64,000 nt of DNA, from contig OZ024745.1 in assembly GCA_964016885.1 (NCBI GenBank), positions 16,306,001-16,370,000 on the forward strand, in the 5' to 3' direction. The notes below the pieces were generated by a model. The model was not told the origin of the DNA and ran no database searches. It saw only the letters and a list, made by a program, of their open reading frames with translations. A program made the translations under genes and the position numbers. Below are positions 29,501 through 46,317 of the stretch, piece after piece (position 1 is the stretch's first letter; every line of letters begins with the position of its first letter). The stretch comes from Eledone cirrhosa. Taxonomy: Eukaryota.

Positions 29501-29947
29501 CGCCCGGGTAGGGACCCCTCGAAAAAGATCTGTCCCAGATGCGTGTGCGACGAGGAAATCGTTGCACACGCATTGGTACACTGCTCGGGCATTGCCGATC
29601 TGTGGGGCTATGTCGAACAACTGCTGTCAAGGGTGGGACCGATCCGGTTGACCACCGAGTCTATTGTACCGATCAAGCCGCCTCCCCTCTTCAAAAACGA
29701 AGAAGAGGCGGTGTTTCTGTGCGTAATAGCCATGGCGAAAGAGGTTGTATGGTGGACGCGTCTGAAAGGACTGAGGTCAGACACCTTTCTCTCTGGCCAA
29801 CAACTGGTCCGTTTCTTCCGATATCATTTCGGAAGAAGAATCAGGATGGAGAGAGAGGTGCTGCACCCCAGCCGTTTTTATGAAAGATGGGTGAAAGTGG
29901 TGAGAATGGCCCGTGTGAATGGGCCTTCACTCTACATCAGACTATAG
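26506..29947 (+). pseudogene. ORF2p APE-RT-ZnF, copy 2 (disrupted)
   Basis: Same motifs as copy 1; frameshift in the G run near 26922-26927; TAA at 29129-29131 (CAA in copy 1). Confidence 0.92.
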
Positions 29948-30217
29948 GTGAGGAAGATGAAAGACCAAGGGAGCACCCCCTCTCTGTGCTCCCGAGGAAA
30001 AGGGTTGCACACTTTTTTTCGGGGGTGTGTGCGACCCCCCCCCCCCAGGCGCCTCCTCTCTATTGAGGACTTTGTTATAAATTTTATTTTTTGTTATATT
30101 TTATTTTATTTTTATATATTGTTATTGCCTCCTCCCTATTGAGGACGCCTTGTTTTGTAAACTCCCCCTATTGTACTTGTCCCACTTTTGATGCCCTGGT
30201 GGCAAATAAAAGAAACA

Positions 30218-30265
<48 letters not shown>

Positions 30266-30267
<2 letters not shown>

Positions 30268-31018
30268 CCAGAGGTCCCTGGCCTGGCAGTGCTACCGAGG
30301 AGCTCTACCGGTTCGTGACAAGATCTACAGGCACGGACGCCCTGGCAGGGATCCTTCCAAGAGGACGTGGCCAAGATGTGCGCAGGACATTGAAACAGTT
30401 CTGCACGCAATTGTACACTGCCCGGGCGTAAGCGACCTGTGGAACTATGCAGAACAACTGCTGTCGCGTATGGGACAAATACAGTTGACTGCCGAGTCCA
30501 TAGTAAGGATCAAACCGCCAGACTCTTTCAAAAACGAAAGAGAGGCGGTTTTCCTCTGTACGGTGGCTATGGTGAAAGAAGTTATATGGTGGACGAGGTT
30601 GAGAGGACTGAGGACAGATGCCTTTCTCTCCGGACAACAATTGATTCCATTCTTTAAGTATCACTTTAGAAGGAGAATCAGGGTGGAGAGAGAGGCACTG
30701 CACCCCAGTAAATTTCCTGAAAGGTGGGTGAATGAAGCGAAAATGGCCCGAGTGATTGGGCCTTCTCTGTTTATAAGCCTGTAGGTTGAGGAAGAGAGCA
30801 AAAGGAAGAAAGGAGCACTTGCACAACACGCTCCTTGAGTTGAGGGTTGTTCTATCGACGGGGTATTAAACAACCCATTTGTGGCGCCTCCCCCCTATTG
30901 GGGATTTCGATTGTTGAAATTGTTTGTTTTTATATTTTTTACACGACTGTATGTAAAATCCCCGGCATGTCTTTGTATTGTCCCCTTTCTTGTTTCGCCC
31001 TTGTGGCTAATAAAGAAA
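30266..31018 (+). mobile_element. Tx1-like retrotransposon, copy 3, 5'-truncated
   Basis: Begins mid-ORF2 (FQRSLAWQCYRGALPVRD) directly after (TATC)n; stop at 30782-30784, AATAAA at 31009-31014, (TATC)n to about 31047. Confidence 0.92.
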
Positions 31019-31670
31019 TCTATCTATCTATCTATCTATCTATCTATTCCACTTCTCCCATACACCTCAATTATAAGTATATATATTTATTTGTATGATG
31101 CATGTTTGTATTTCGACGTTCGGAAGTTGAGCTTCCTGACTATGACCAAGCAGTTCTTTGGACAACTCTCTATTTCAATTTTCTCTCCTGATTTATATAT
31201 TTTGTATTTCTTCCTGATAATATCTTTGATATTGTTTTTATATCGCTACCATCTAATTTCTATTCATTTTTATGGTTTCTGTATATTCTTTTCCAACCTA
31301 TTATTCAATGTTTGTATCGCTTGCTTTTAGATATTTTCACATCAGCGAATTAATGGCGACCGCAGTATATTTTTTTTGTTCTTTGTCGAACGTCGCAGCA
31401 AGTTGCTCGCGGTAAATTGAAAAGCTGTTTGTCTTGTTCGTATTGAACATTTTTCACAGTCACTTTCAATTTTCCTCTTTTTAACGCCATTTGTTTCGTA
31501 GTTAAATAACAGTGAGAGACTTCGAGATAATTTTCATGCCACAGACTCTCCACAAATTTCTATGAGATCATAGGAATTTGGAAGAATTGATTATATTGAT
31601 TTCTGTCTGCCTATGTAGAAGATCGGCACATGATTCTACAAATGCATTATGTCAATATATACACATACAC

Positions 31671-31718
<48 letters not shown>

Positions 31719-33112
31719 TTGTTTTATAGGTTTGTGTATTAAATATTCTAAGCTTGCATTGAATGAAGAAGTCAAATGCTGTTTGTAGTGTCAAAATAAT
31801 ATATATTATTAATAGTGACTGTTTAGTTCGAAGCTTAGTCGATACAACTGCCTTCTCAATATATGTATATGTGACTATAAGTCTATGTGTTTATTTACGC
31901 CTGCATTTATATAGACATATATTTATCCGTCTATACGTATGAATATGTGCTCGCTACAAGCTAAAATTCTGAAATCTTTAAAATATTTTCAATTATATTT
32001 CCAATAAAGGCATGTTATTATAATTCCTTAGCCTTGACCTCTCACGATTTACGATGCCTAACTAATAATCACAAGTATCAATCTAAAGTTATAATCCATT
32101 GATGCTGCGGACATTAAAACCTTGATTTGACAAGAGCTATGTCTGTGCAATCAATTAGGAGACATAAAACTTTTCTAGTTTCTATCGCAGTGTTTGATGT
32201 ATTTCTTTCAGATGAAATCAGAATCTATATAATACGTTGTGTATATAGAATCTCTTTACTAGTCGTTGTACATGTATTTATTCCAGATAGTAGTATATCA
32301 ACATTTTCAGATTTAAACTGCTCCAATTTTAGTAAGAGGAGGCGAATTGGCAGCGTCATTAGAAGATGGCATATCGACAGAATCGTTAGTCAGTGGAGAA
32401 TTGGCAGATTTATCAGAGCACAGCTATTAGTTCCAGCTCACTGCATGTTTACTATAAATCCGGTCGAAGTCAACTTTAACATTCATCCAGCCAGACCAAT
32501 TGCAGACGGTTGCTTCTGATAGAACCATCTGGAATGAGTGATTGAGCAATCTGCTCTCACGATCCTCCTAGAAATAAATGGGCGAAGAAGAAGAAGAAAA
32601 AGAAGAGAAGGGATCTAAAAGAAAAAGTACCGGTTCAGGGGCAGTAGATTGAAAGACTTGTTAAGAGTCGGACGGGACGCTTTGCAGCATCTGTTCCGGC
32701 TTTGTGCATTGTTCTGAATTTAAAATCCGGCCTTCTGTCGATGACGCTTTTGCTAGGAATTACAACCGGCAGATAGTATTAAAAATGGAAGCACTAGTAG
32801 AAACGTAGTTCGATTGGTCCAATCAAACGATCGGCCAGTCAACATCAATAATCTAATTATTCTAATTACGTAATTCATAGCACTTTATCGATGTAGAACT
32901 TCAAAGGATTTATTCGTGATCTGATAATTCCCTGCAGGAAACATAACGTTTCTTTATATCTCTTAAGCCAGTAGATTTATTTCGGCAGTTGTCTTTCTTC
33001 AGTGATTGTTTTATTGTAGATTTGGATGGGAAACTTTATTAAAATAAACACTTCGGAAGATCATTCCTTTATATCATCATATATAAAACGAAGTATATAT
33101 ATAATATTGTAG

Positions 33113-33345
33113 AGGCATATGGCCTAGTGGTAAGGGTGTTGGATTTACGATCATAATGTCGTGGGTTCGATTCCAGGGTTGTGTGTTTTGTTCTTGAGCA
33201 AAACACTTCATTTCCAGTATACTCAGCTCAAAATGAGTACCAGCAATAGCTGGGGGTTTAACCCTGCGATAGACTGGCGTCCTGTCCAGGGAGGTGTCTT
33301 GTGATCTCAGTTGCTTCGCGCCATGAAACCAGGATAAGCACTGTT
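33113..33345 (+). mobile_element. tRNA-derived SINE, family B
   Basis: A box TGGCCTAGTGG, B box GGTTCGATTCC; homologous to 14817. Confidence 0.8.
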
Positions 33346-34712
33346 AATATAATGATGTGCGTGTATATATACAGAGCAGTGAAGGGAAAAGTGGAGTGAG
33401 ATATAGTCGGCCTGTATTAGTTGTAAGAGAAGATGTTAATGATCAAGAGATAGCGATAGAAAACTAGGGGTGTTTTAATGGACGGGGTATTAGAAATAAA
33501 AATATATATACATGTATACATACTGTAGGAGTTGTTTTTTATGTACAGCCTTTCAGGGTCGATAATAAATACATGCCCAAAGAGGAATTATTAAAGAGAT
33601 GGAAAGGATGCGGTATCTGATACGGCTATGTGTGTTTCAATTCTAAACTCCGGCGGCTTCTGTCAGCAGTTACCACTGGCAGATAATATCATCAATGGAA
33701 CTACCAGGGAAAATATTATTTCCATGGTCCGATCTGTTGATCATCTGCTTTCCTTTTTTATCTCTCTCTGAAGAATGATCCTTGGTGAGCCATTAAACCT
33801 ATCCACTACCTGACGTCAAACCAATATATTACATCTAGCTAAATTATACTGTATACCCATTCATTTTACAAACAGAAGAAAATGACCATTGAAACTGCCA
33901 AACACCATCACACCTCTCAAGTAGGGCTGTCACATACATATGTACATAGATTCAAACACTTTGTACACATGCTTGATTCTCAGCATCAAATATTTTCTCC
34001 TTTTCATTCCATAGTCTCTATACTGCTATCACCCCCCCCCCCCATTTCCCCCATCACCCACCTACGCTGAAAGTTGTTTGTGCTGAACAGTAACCGGAAT
34101 CTTCGTCTGTTGATATAATAGCATGATATTCAAATATTTCTATGTATATATATAGAGAGAGAGTAAAAAGCAAAAACTGAAGATTAATAAATATGGAAGA
34201 CTTTTGTTTAATATATATGTATATATAAATGTGGTCAACGCCACCACCACTACAATCACCACCCACAACAACCACATCAGCCGTAATACTAAAGACAACA
34301 ACAATAACAAGGAAAAGCTGTAAGATAGTATTTATTTAGCTTACTAGAATTTCCTCAGGATGAGATGACAAATACATTATGAGAATGTCAAAATGTCAAA
34401 TATGAAGTGAATCGTCGAACGTGTATGTTTTATCTAAAAGTTGGCAGATTTAATTCTGGACCGAATATAATATCGTAATAGTTGAATATATAAATAGAAG
34501 TTATGTCTCATGGAAGTTCGGGTCACACCACTCTGTAAACATGACAGTGTAATTTTCATCAAGGTTCCTAAATGTGCCTACAAAAATGATCGATGAACAT
34601 TTCTCGAATAACAGATTTACCGTATTGCTTTCTCCAATAGAATATATCTCCATCAACTATCTCAGAACATTTATTGCTGAAGTGCACATACTTACATATA
34701 TGTATGTATGCA

Positions 34713-34794
<82 letters not shown>

Positions 34795-34797
<3 letters not shown>

Positions 34798-34912
34798 ATT
34801 GTTTCTACTTTTGGCACAAGGCCAGCAATTACCCAGTGCATTACTGGTACTTTATTTTATCGACCCCGTAAGGATGAAAGGCAAAGTTAACCCCTCGGCG
34901 CGATTTGAACTC
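34795..34912 (-). mobile_element. SINE family A (truncated, fused to a fold-back-family fragment at 34910-35018)
   Basis: Family A tail and core end at gatttgaactc, then the sequence switches to ctgccgtcggggtcatact..ccttcgtt, the reverse of 42403-42510. Confidence 0.7.
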
Positions 34913-35016
34913 TGCCGTCGGGGTCATACTTGTTCCTATTACCCAATCTACTACCCTAAGTATTGAGTACTTTGGTGCGTTATGGTCCATCTGGTTCCTT
35001 ACCACATTTCCTTCGT

Positions 35017-36603
<1,587 letters not shown>

Positions 36604-37419
36604 CGTGTGGCTGATTGGTTAGAGAACTGTATTCACAATCTTGAGGTTGTCAGTTCGTTTCCTGGACGATGCGTGATGTCCTTGAGCAAGGCACTTTATT
36701 TCACGTTGCTCCTTCTACCGATAGATAGTATTAGCAGCCGGAAAGACCATTTTTGCGACACCCTGTATATAATCATATATATGTTGAAAACAAAGCGAGG
36801 TTTCACATTATGGTCCTTATTGACACCCACCAACTATGTATGCACTCACGTACATAGGTACGTATGTACGCATATATATGTGTATGTGTATATATATATA
36901 CACATAGTTATATAAAATATATGCACACACACATATACATACACATATAAGATATAGCTTCAAGCGTAGCTTTATACAAATATGTATAGAAATTTCGTAT
37001 TTCCAAAGAAACACGGTTTTAGGAAGTCGTAGCTATGCAAACACCGGGCCTAACACCCTCTGGTGGTGTCCAGCAGAAGCAAGGGGGACAACCGTCTATG
37101 CATTTCAGGCTTGACTGCCCTTCCTCAGGACGATCCCTCCCACCGCTTGCAACTGCTGGACTGGAGAACAGTCGCGAATATATAGTTTTCTCGTCTGTGT
37201 AAATGAGGTGATTAATCTCATTTGCATATGAAGCTGCATAAGTTGGCTCAACTTATAATAGAAAAGAAAAAAAGATTGTGTTTCTTTAGAAATACCACCT
37301 CCACCAGACCCACACCACACCAGACCACACCACCTCCACCACAACACCTCTACCACACCACACCACCTCCACCAGACCACACCCACACAACACCAAGACA
37401 TAGCTACACAGACGTCCCT

Positions 37420-37570
37420 TAACGTTTTAAGTTCAAATCCAGCCGAGGTTAGCTTTGCCTTTCATCTTTACGTGATCGATAAAATATAGTACCAGTAACG
37501 TACTGGCTCGATTTTATTGACTTTTCCCCTCTGCCTAAATATTGGCCGTGTTCCATTAGTAGTAATTATT
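37420..37570 (+). mobile_element. SINE family A (partial)
   Basis: gttcaaatcc..ctttgcctttcatc..tcgataaaatatagtaccagtaa. Confidence 0.7.
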
Positions 37571-37686
37571 ATTATTATCGAACATTTGTTTTTGTTAAAA
37601 GGAAGCTCTACTATATTTTGTAGCTTATATATTATTTGAGCTATTTAAGGTGTAATATGACTGAAATAATTATGTTAGTCAAATCT

Positions 37687-39599
<1,913 letters not shown>

Positions 39600-39696
39600 A
39601 TTTATTTGTCTATGCATATATATTTAATACACGGAAATCCTTAAACTATCAGTTTTATAGATAATACACACACACATATATATATATATACGAAAT

Positions 39697-39925
39697 TGTG
39701 TGTCTCAGAAGCAAAATAAACGTCGCCATATTGGCTTAAACGTTGGTTTATGTGAACATCCGGAATAACGAATATTTCCTGTTCTTAGATGTCTAAAAAA
39801 ATATAAAGATTATGCTTTACTTTTCTGAAATTCCTGATCCGGGGGTAATCGCTATTCCGGATATTTATAGAAACAAACATTGGAACCAATATATCTGACG
39901 ATTTGTGTGCTTCTGGGACACCCTA
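39697..39925. mobile_element. MITE-like element with about 75-bp imperfect terminal inverted repeats
   Basis: tgtctcagaagca..atccggaata versus tattccggat..tgcttctgggaca. Confidence 0.55.
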
Positions 39926-40144
39926 CATTGTGTGTATATATATATATAAGTTTATCCCGGGTTCAACCGGGGGTAGCCACAGTAAGTAAGGTACTCAATA
40001 CATAGCAGAGTATAAATGATAAATGTTCAATATAGAAATGGCTTCTACAGGACTCATATATATAAATCATATATATAAATATTAAGTGTTTCCGTAGGAA
40101 AGGTAAAGGAAAGGAAAGTGCTCGATGTAGGTTACAGAGCTATT

Positions 40145-40362
40145 TAGTTATATAATAAACAACATAAGGCAATTATTACATTTACCAAATGTTTCACGAA
40201 GACAGACGAGCTCGACACAGACGTCTGAAATCGTTCGTCAGAATGAATTTTTCAGAAGGAAAATTTCATTCTGACGAACACGTTTGTGGCGAGCTCGTCT
40301 GTCTTCGTGAAACCTTTGGTAAATGGAATAATTTTCTTATGTTGTTTATTACATAACTATAT
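40145..40362. ncRNA. Palindromic pair of hammerhead ribozymes (40179-40245 minus, 40267-40325 plus)
   Basis: catt-CTGACGA-acg..cgt-GAAA-catttgG-TA-aatg on each arm of an inverted repeat. Confidence 0.7.
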
Positions 40363-40480
40363 ATATATCGGCTGGAACACGTAATGGATTAATGTTTATA
40401 CACACACACACACACACACTATATATATATATATATATTTCATTTATATATATATATATATAAATATATATTATTTAAAA

Positions 40481-40519
<39 letters not shown>

Positions 40520-40533
40520 TATATATTTTTTAA

Positions 40534-40584
<51 letters not shown>

Positions 40585-40869
40585 GTAGTTCAGTAGATTG
40601 GTGGTTTACTGAGATGGGTACGAAAAGCAACTCTCTGCCTTAGCAGAGTGTTTATATATTGAAAACAAAGCGAATAAAGTTAAAGTGAAACTGATATGGT
40701 GCCTCTGTTTCTTTTTGTTGGCAATATTGGCAACCTGACCATCCCTATATATATATGTAGAGTCCTGTAACTCCTGATAGAGTCGTAGGGACGCCGTATT
40801 GACATACAGCGTTCCTTAGGCATTTTAAACCTGGCGGAGAGAGAGGAAATGAGAAAGAGATATAGAGGA

Positions 40870-41005
40870 AGAATCGACCCCAGTACTAGACTGGTACATT
40901 TTTATCGGCCTCGAAAGGATGAAAGACAACATTGACCTCCACGGGATTTGAACTCAGAGAGCATTCTATCCGACGTTCTAACGACTCTGTCAATTCGCCA
41001 TTTGC
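40870..41005 (-). mobile_element. SINE family A
   Basis: ctggtacatttttatcggcctcgaaaggatgaaag..gggatttgaactcag. Confidence 0.7.
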
Positions 41006-41018
41006 CGCATATATATAT

Positions 41019-41077
<59 letters not shown>

Positions 41078-41101
41078 AGAGAGAGAGAGAGAGAGAGAGA
41101 G

Positions 41102-41169
<68 letters not shown>

Positions 41170-41829
41170 TATGGTGTCGAGAAAGGGGAGACTACTTATC
41201 CCGGGAGTACTCGATGTATGGGGAGATGCAGAGTGTGTATAGAAATGTTACCCATCTTCTCTTCTCTGTCCCTGTCACTCTCTCTCTCTCTCTCCCTCTC
41301 CCTCTTTCTCTCTCTATATATATATGTGTATGTGTATGTATGTGTGTGTGTGTATGTATGTGTGTGTGTATGTGTGTGTATGTATGTGTGTGTATGTGTG
41401 TGTATATATGTGTGTGTGTGTGTGTGTGTATGTGTGTGTGTATGTGTGTGTATGTGTGTGTATGTATGTGTATGTGTGTGTGTGTGTGTATGTGTGTGTA
41501 TGTGTGTGTATATATGTGTGTGTGTGTATGTCTATATATATTTATGTGTGAATATGTGTCCGCCTGTGTATATTTGAAGGTGTCATAATACCAACTAGTA
41601 GACACATACATACACACACACACGCACACGTACACCACACACACTCACACACGCACACCACACACACACACGTACACCACACACACACACATGTACACCC
41701 CCCCCCCCTCACACGTACATCACACACACGTATACCACACACACACATATAACAGAAGACACTTAAGCATTACATAATTAGTTTCATTAAACTAGTAATC
41801 ATACGCAGAATCATAAAGACACACTCACA

Positions 41830-42200
41830 TCATCAAACGCATACACTGATACAAACACACACACTCTGACACACACACACGTACACCACGCATACACATA
41901 TACCGCACATACACTCTGACACACACACACACACACACTGATACAAACACACACACACGTACACCACGCATACACATATAAGCGCACATACACTCTGACA
42001 CACACAAACACGTACACCACGCATATACATATAAGTGCACATACACTCTGACACACACACACTGATACAAGCACACACACTCTGACACACACACTCTGAC
42101 ACACACACACTGATACAAACACACACACACGTACACCACGCATATACATATAAGCGCACATTCACTCTGACACACACACACTGATACAAACACATACGAA
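41830..42200. repeat. (CA)-derived complex minisatellite
   Basis: Repeating cactgatacaaac / acgtacaccacgcata / cactctgac units. Confidence 0.85.
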
Positions 42201-42402
42201 AACACACATGCACACATTTCAATTATATAAAATTGCATTGGGTCACAGGATATTGCTCTCTTTTCTCTATCTATCTGTATATATGTGTGTTGTGTAACTT
42301 AAATGCGGCTTCTTAGAGACATATCCACACGTGTGCACATATTCGCATGCAAGTGTCTGAGCATCCCAAGCATACACGCACACGCATATATATATATATA
42401 TA

Positions 42403-42599
42403 AAACGAAGGAAATGTGGTAAGGAACGAGATGGACCATAACGCACCAGAGTACTCAATACTAAGGGTAGTAGAGTGGGTAATAGGAAAAAGTATGACCC
42501 CGACGGCAGAGCTGAAGCCGGTTCGACGGCTATTTCTGGACTCAGTTCAGAAATAGCCGTCGAAACGGCTTGAGCTCTGCCGTCGGTGTCATACTTTTT

Positions 42600-42604
<5 letters not shown>
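42403..42604. repeat. Dispersed repeat ending in a 60-bp-arm fold-back (42482-42604)
   Basis: Second copy at 51288-51500 and fragment at 34910-35018. Confidence 0.85.
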
Positions 42605-42647
<43 letters not shown>

Positions 42648-42670
42648 AAAAAGTATATATATATATATAC

Positions 42671-43078
42671 CCATCGCTATGCCCCCTCAGTAATGAATCC
42701 ATGACCAAAAACGTGGTCTATAGGTGCAAGGTCACAACCCCTAACTCGGAGCACCACTACATAGGATCCACAGCGACGAGCTTCAAAGCTCGGTGGTATA
42801 ACCATCGCCATTCTTTTAACAGAATAGATAAGAGGAAATGTACGGCCCTTTCTGAATTGATCTGGAAGCTCAAACTTGAAAAGACCCCGCACTCTCTTGT
42901 CTGGTCCGTGGCTAGAAAAGTTCCCCCAGACAGAGGCGTGTCTGGTATTTGCAACCTCTGTCTTAGTGAGACACTCGAGATTCTTCATGGCGGAACCAAG
43001 CTATTAAACAGTAGGGCCGACATATTCGGTGCCTGCAGACACCTAAGGACGGGAACTTTCCTCAAGCTATATGGATAA
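42671..43078 (+). CDS. Penelope-like element GIY-YIG endonuclease, C-terminal fragment of a 5'-truncated ORF
   Basis: CPL..VVYRC..YIGST..FKARWYNHRHSF..TALS..IWKLK..CNLCLSE..LLNSR..CRH. Confidence 0.85.
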   Translation, partial: PSLCPLSNESMTKNVVYRCKVTTPNSEHHYIGSTATSFKARWYNHRHSFNRIDKRKCTALSELIWKLKLEKTPHSLVWSVARKVPPDRGVSGICNLCLSETLEILHGGTKLLNSRADIFGACRHLRTGTFLKLYG

Positions 43079-44167
43079 ACCCTGGTTACGGCCTCCCACA
43101 AGCCCCCCCCCCGGTAGGTCCCCTACACCCCGTACCAATGACCAATGGACAACAACAACCACCCATGGTTTGCGGTCCCTATGGTGGATGGTCCACCGGA
43201 TCCTCTACTGGTTAGGAGTCATCTAAACAATGTTTTATTGAACCTGATTTTATATATATATGTATATATATATCATGTGTATATATACGTGTATTTTATA
43301 TGTGTAGGTATGCGTATTTTATATATGTGTGCGTATCTGTATGTATATATTTTATATTTATATGTGTGTGTGTATTTTTATATATATATATATATGTATG
43401 TTTTACGTGTGTATATATTTTGTGTGTGTGTGTGTATTCTATGTATATATATATTTTTTATATTTTTGTATATATATATTTTATATATATGTATGTTCTG
43501 TGTATATATATATATATTTTATATATATATGTGTATACTTGTGCGTACATGCATGCATATATATATACACACCTGTATGGATTTGTGTGTGTAGATGTGT
43601 GAGTGTTTGAGGAGGTAGGTGTGAGTGTATGTACAAGTGAACCAGCATAAACCTTTTATTTCTAAATTTTCTAAACAATCTAAGTATTGGACTCTAACCG
43701 TTATATTAAGTATTACCACCCACTTTTTGTATTGTGGATGTGTGTATCTGTGGAGGTGGGTGTGAGTGTACGTGCAAGCCAACCACATAAGCCTTTTTAT
43801 TTGTAAACTTTCTACTCGAACCATAATTTTCAGTAGCACCACTCCACATAAATTCCCCAATTTAAGAATGACCAGTAGTATCTATTTCATACTATTAACC
43901 TTATTTGAAAATATATCTGACCAAGAATGCCTTTTGTGAAAATCAGTCATGTGGAACTATTGTCATCTTGCCTGATGGTTTGAACCTTACAGAACCACCT
44001 GCCTCTTTGAGGTCAAATACCAACCTACTACCATCTACAAACTGACCAATGATAATCAAGACTATTCCTGCTGACAACATCCAAGTATTCTAACAAGCTC
44101 ATATGTCCCAAGGCTCTGATACCATCAACACTATACACACAGAGCTGGCATATCTAAGAACTGACTA

Positions 44168-44223
44168 ACTGCCTGATGAGGTCATAGCCATTCAATGGCT
44201 ATCATCGAAATATATATAGCAGT
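44168..44223 (+). ncRNA. Type I hammerhead ribozyme
   Basis: actgc-CTGATGA-ggtcatagcca ttcaa tggctatcatc-GAAA-tatatA-TA-gcagt; perfect stem I. Confidence 0.85.
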
Positions 44224-44264
44224 AAATAAAGGATTATAAGTTCATGCAATTGACTTATGTTTCG

Positions 44265-44326
<62 letters not shown>

Positions 44327-44899
44327 ATATATTAAAATATAAGTATTAATAAAATAGATGTTCTTTTAATTTTAATTTTAATATTAATAACTCCATAAAA
44401 ATATTTAACCGTTGAGTGCTTCCAATCTACTGTAAAACCCATTCTTTGACATAATCATTGAATATTGTTTAACAATTTAATATATATATATATATATATA
44501 TACTACAACCAGATGGGATGGCCAAGGTGTCTTCTATGTATTTGTGAATGGGCGTTTGTTATATTGAAAATATACAAACATGAAATACTAGAAGCATAAT
44601 AATTTCAAACTTAGGAGCAATCTACTTGGGACTACACTGTGACTGAGTGCATAACACCTCTGTTATCAGTTTCTTAGTACAGTGGACTTATTAACTATCA
44701 CCTATTTTCATCATTCATACAATGTACATACGAAGCATTATAGTTTGTTTGAAGCACCCTGAGACATATGGTTAAGACTGTTTTAAGGAAACCTGAACAA
44801 ATAAAACTAGAGAAAACTAAAATAAAGTGACCAAACCATTTCACACACATTCATCGATATTATGGAATGCCAGGTGAAAACGTTTGTTTTCTTTCCTTA

Positions 44900-45150
44900 A
44901 TTAACTGCTATGAAACCAGGGCTCAGCTGCCCGCAATGCAGTTGGGGAGAAGATAGTCAAATACCAGGGCTTCACCAACCACTTCCTCTCTTTGCACCGA
45001 TCTCCATTGACACCTCTGACGTCCTTGGTCCCCGCACTGTTCAGTTCTTCCATAAAATCGGAAAGACGATATCCCGTTTGAGGCGGGAGGCCCAGGAGGT
45101 GGGGTGGCTGTTGCTTTGTCCGCTGAGTTGCACCCCAGGCACCGCTTAAC
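44900..45150 (+). pseudogene. Restriction-like endonuclease C-terminus of a CRE-like non-LTR element (relic)
   Basis: FAPISIDTSDVLGPRTVQFFHKIGKTISRLRREAQEVGWL resembles the F.PIA.ET.G.LG....F...IG..I......E..WL pattern (recalled consensus). Confidence 0.5.
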
Positions 45151-45743
45151 TGGGGTGTAGTAACTATCCCTTTCTTTCGCAACTCAATCCTTCTTTTATT
45201 TTCTCATTTTCATATTTTTCTCCTTACTTTTCTGTTCTCCTTAATAGTGTTTTTTGTTTTTATTAAATACTATTTAATTATTTTTCTATAATGTCAATGG
45301 CCTTTCATGATAGTGTGATATTTTGTACATTGAAGGAACTGTTAGAAAAATACAATGTTTTGTAATAAGAAACCAAATGCCTTTTCACTTGTATTTCTAA
45401 TTTAGTTTGTACAGTCTTTTACCCCAAAACATTCAGAATACATTTACGTTCTCTTCGTTAATTTGTGATATATACTAAAGTCATTCAACTAAGTTCGTAT
45501 AATTGTCAATTGTCCAAGAGTTAGCCATGTCTAACAATTTTTCACCATGTTGATGTAGCAGGAAGAATTAGTTTCACATCAATGCCCAATATAACATTAC
45601 AACCAATGGTGGTAGAGCCTGAAATAGACCGTGACCATAGAAATAGCCAGAAAGACATAATGTTGCAGAAAATACTGAATACAAAACATGAATTCTTAAA
45701 TCGATAAATCAATGATTCAGCAGGAAAAATAAATACATATATG

Positions 45744-45793
<50 letters not shown>

Positions 45794-45890
45794 AAAACAT
45801 TCCAAACGTTCTTCAACAATATTTGGAACCTCTAACAATGAATTAAATGAAACGTTGCAACCAATAAACCGTGTACGCACACATACACAC

Positions 45891-46009
<119 letters not shown>

Positions 46010-46209
46010 AAGGTAGGTAGAAAGACTATGCATGTATGTACTACTTACAGGCACACACATATAAAGTTATATTGATTTTGTTCATTTTGCATTACAAAAA
46101 CATAAAAGAGCTCAATACCCACTTCACTGATAACCTATTATATATGTACAGAGAGAGAGAGAGAGAGAGAGAGAAGGAGGGGAAGAGGATGACATGCACA
46201 CACACACAC

Positions 46210-46317
<108 letters not shown>

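Larger units (their letters stand above)
24481..30217 (+). mobile_element. Tx1-like non-LTR retrotransposon, copy 2, full length, diverged subfamily
   Basis: 5' end acgcgtataacttg.. resembles copy 1 acgcgtgtcacttc..; ORF1, ORF2, AATAAA at 30205-30210, (TATC)n at 30218-30265. Confidence 0.92.
42671..44269 (+). mobile_element. 5'-truncated Penelope-like retroelement between (TA)n tracts
   Basis: GIY-YIG ORF end, long 3' region, terminal hammerhead and AATAAA; the link between ORF and hammerhead is inferred from order and orientation. Confidence 0.7.

Noticed and set aside
18599-31018. Array as a tandem segmental duplication or assembly collapse
   Set aside because: The copies are clearly diverged from each other, and copy 3 is 5'-truncated with its own UTR
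45545-45620. Possible minus-strand exon (STTIGCNVILGIDVKLILPATST)
   Set aside because: Weak donor site and no recognisable homology
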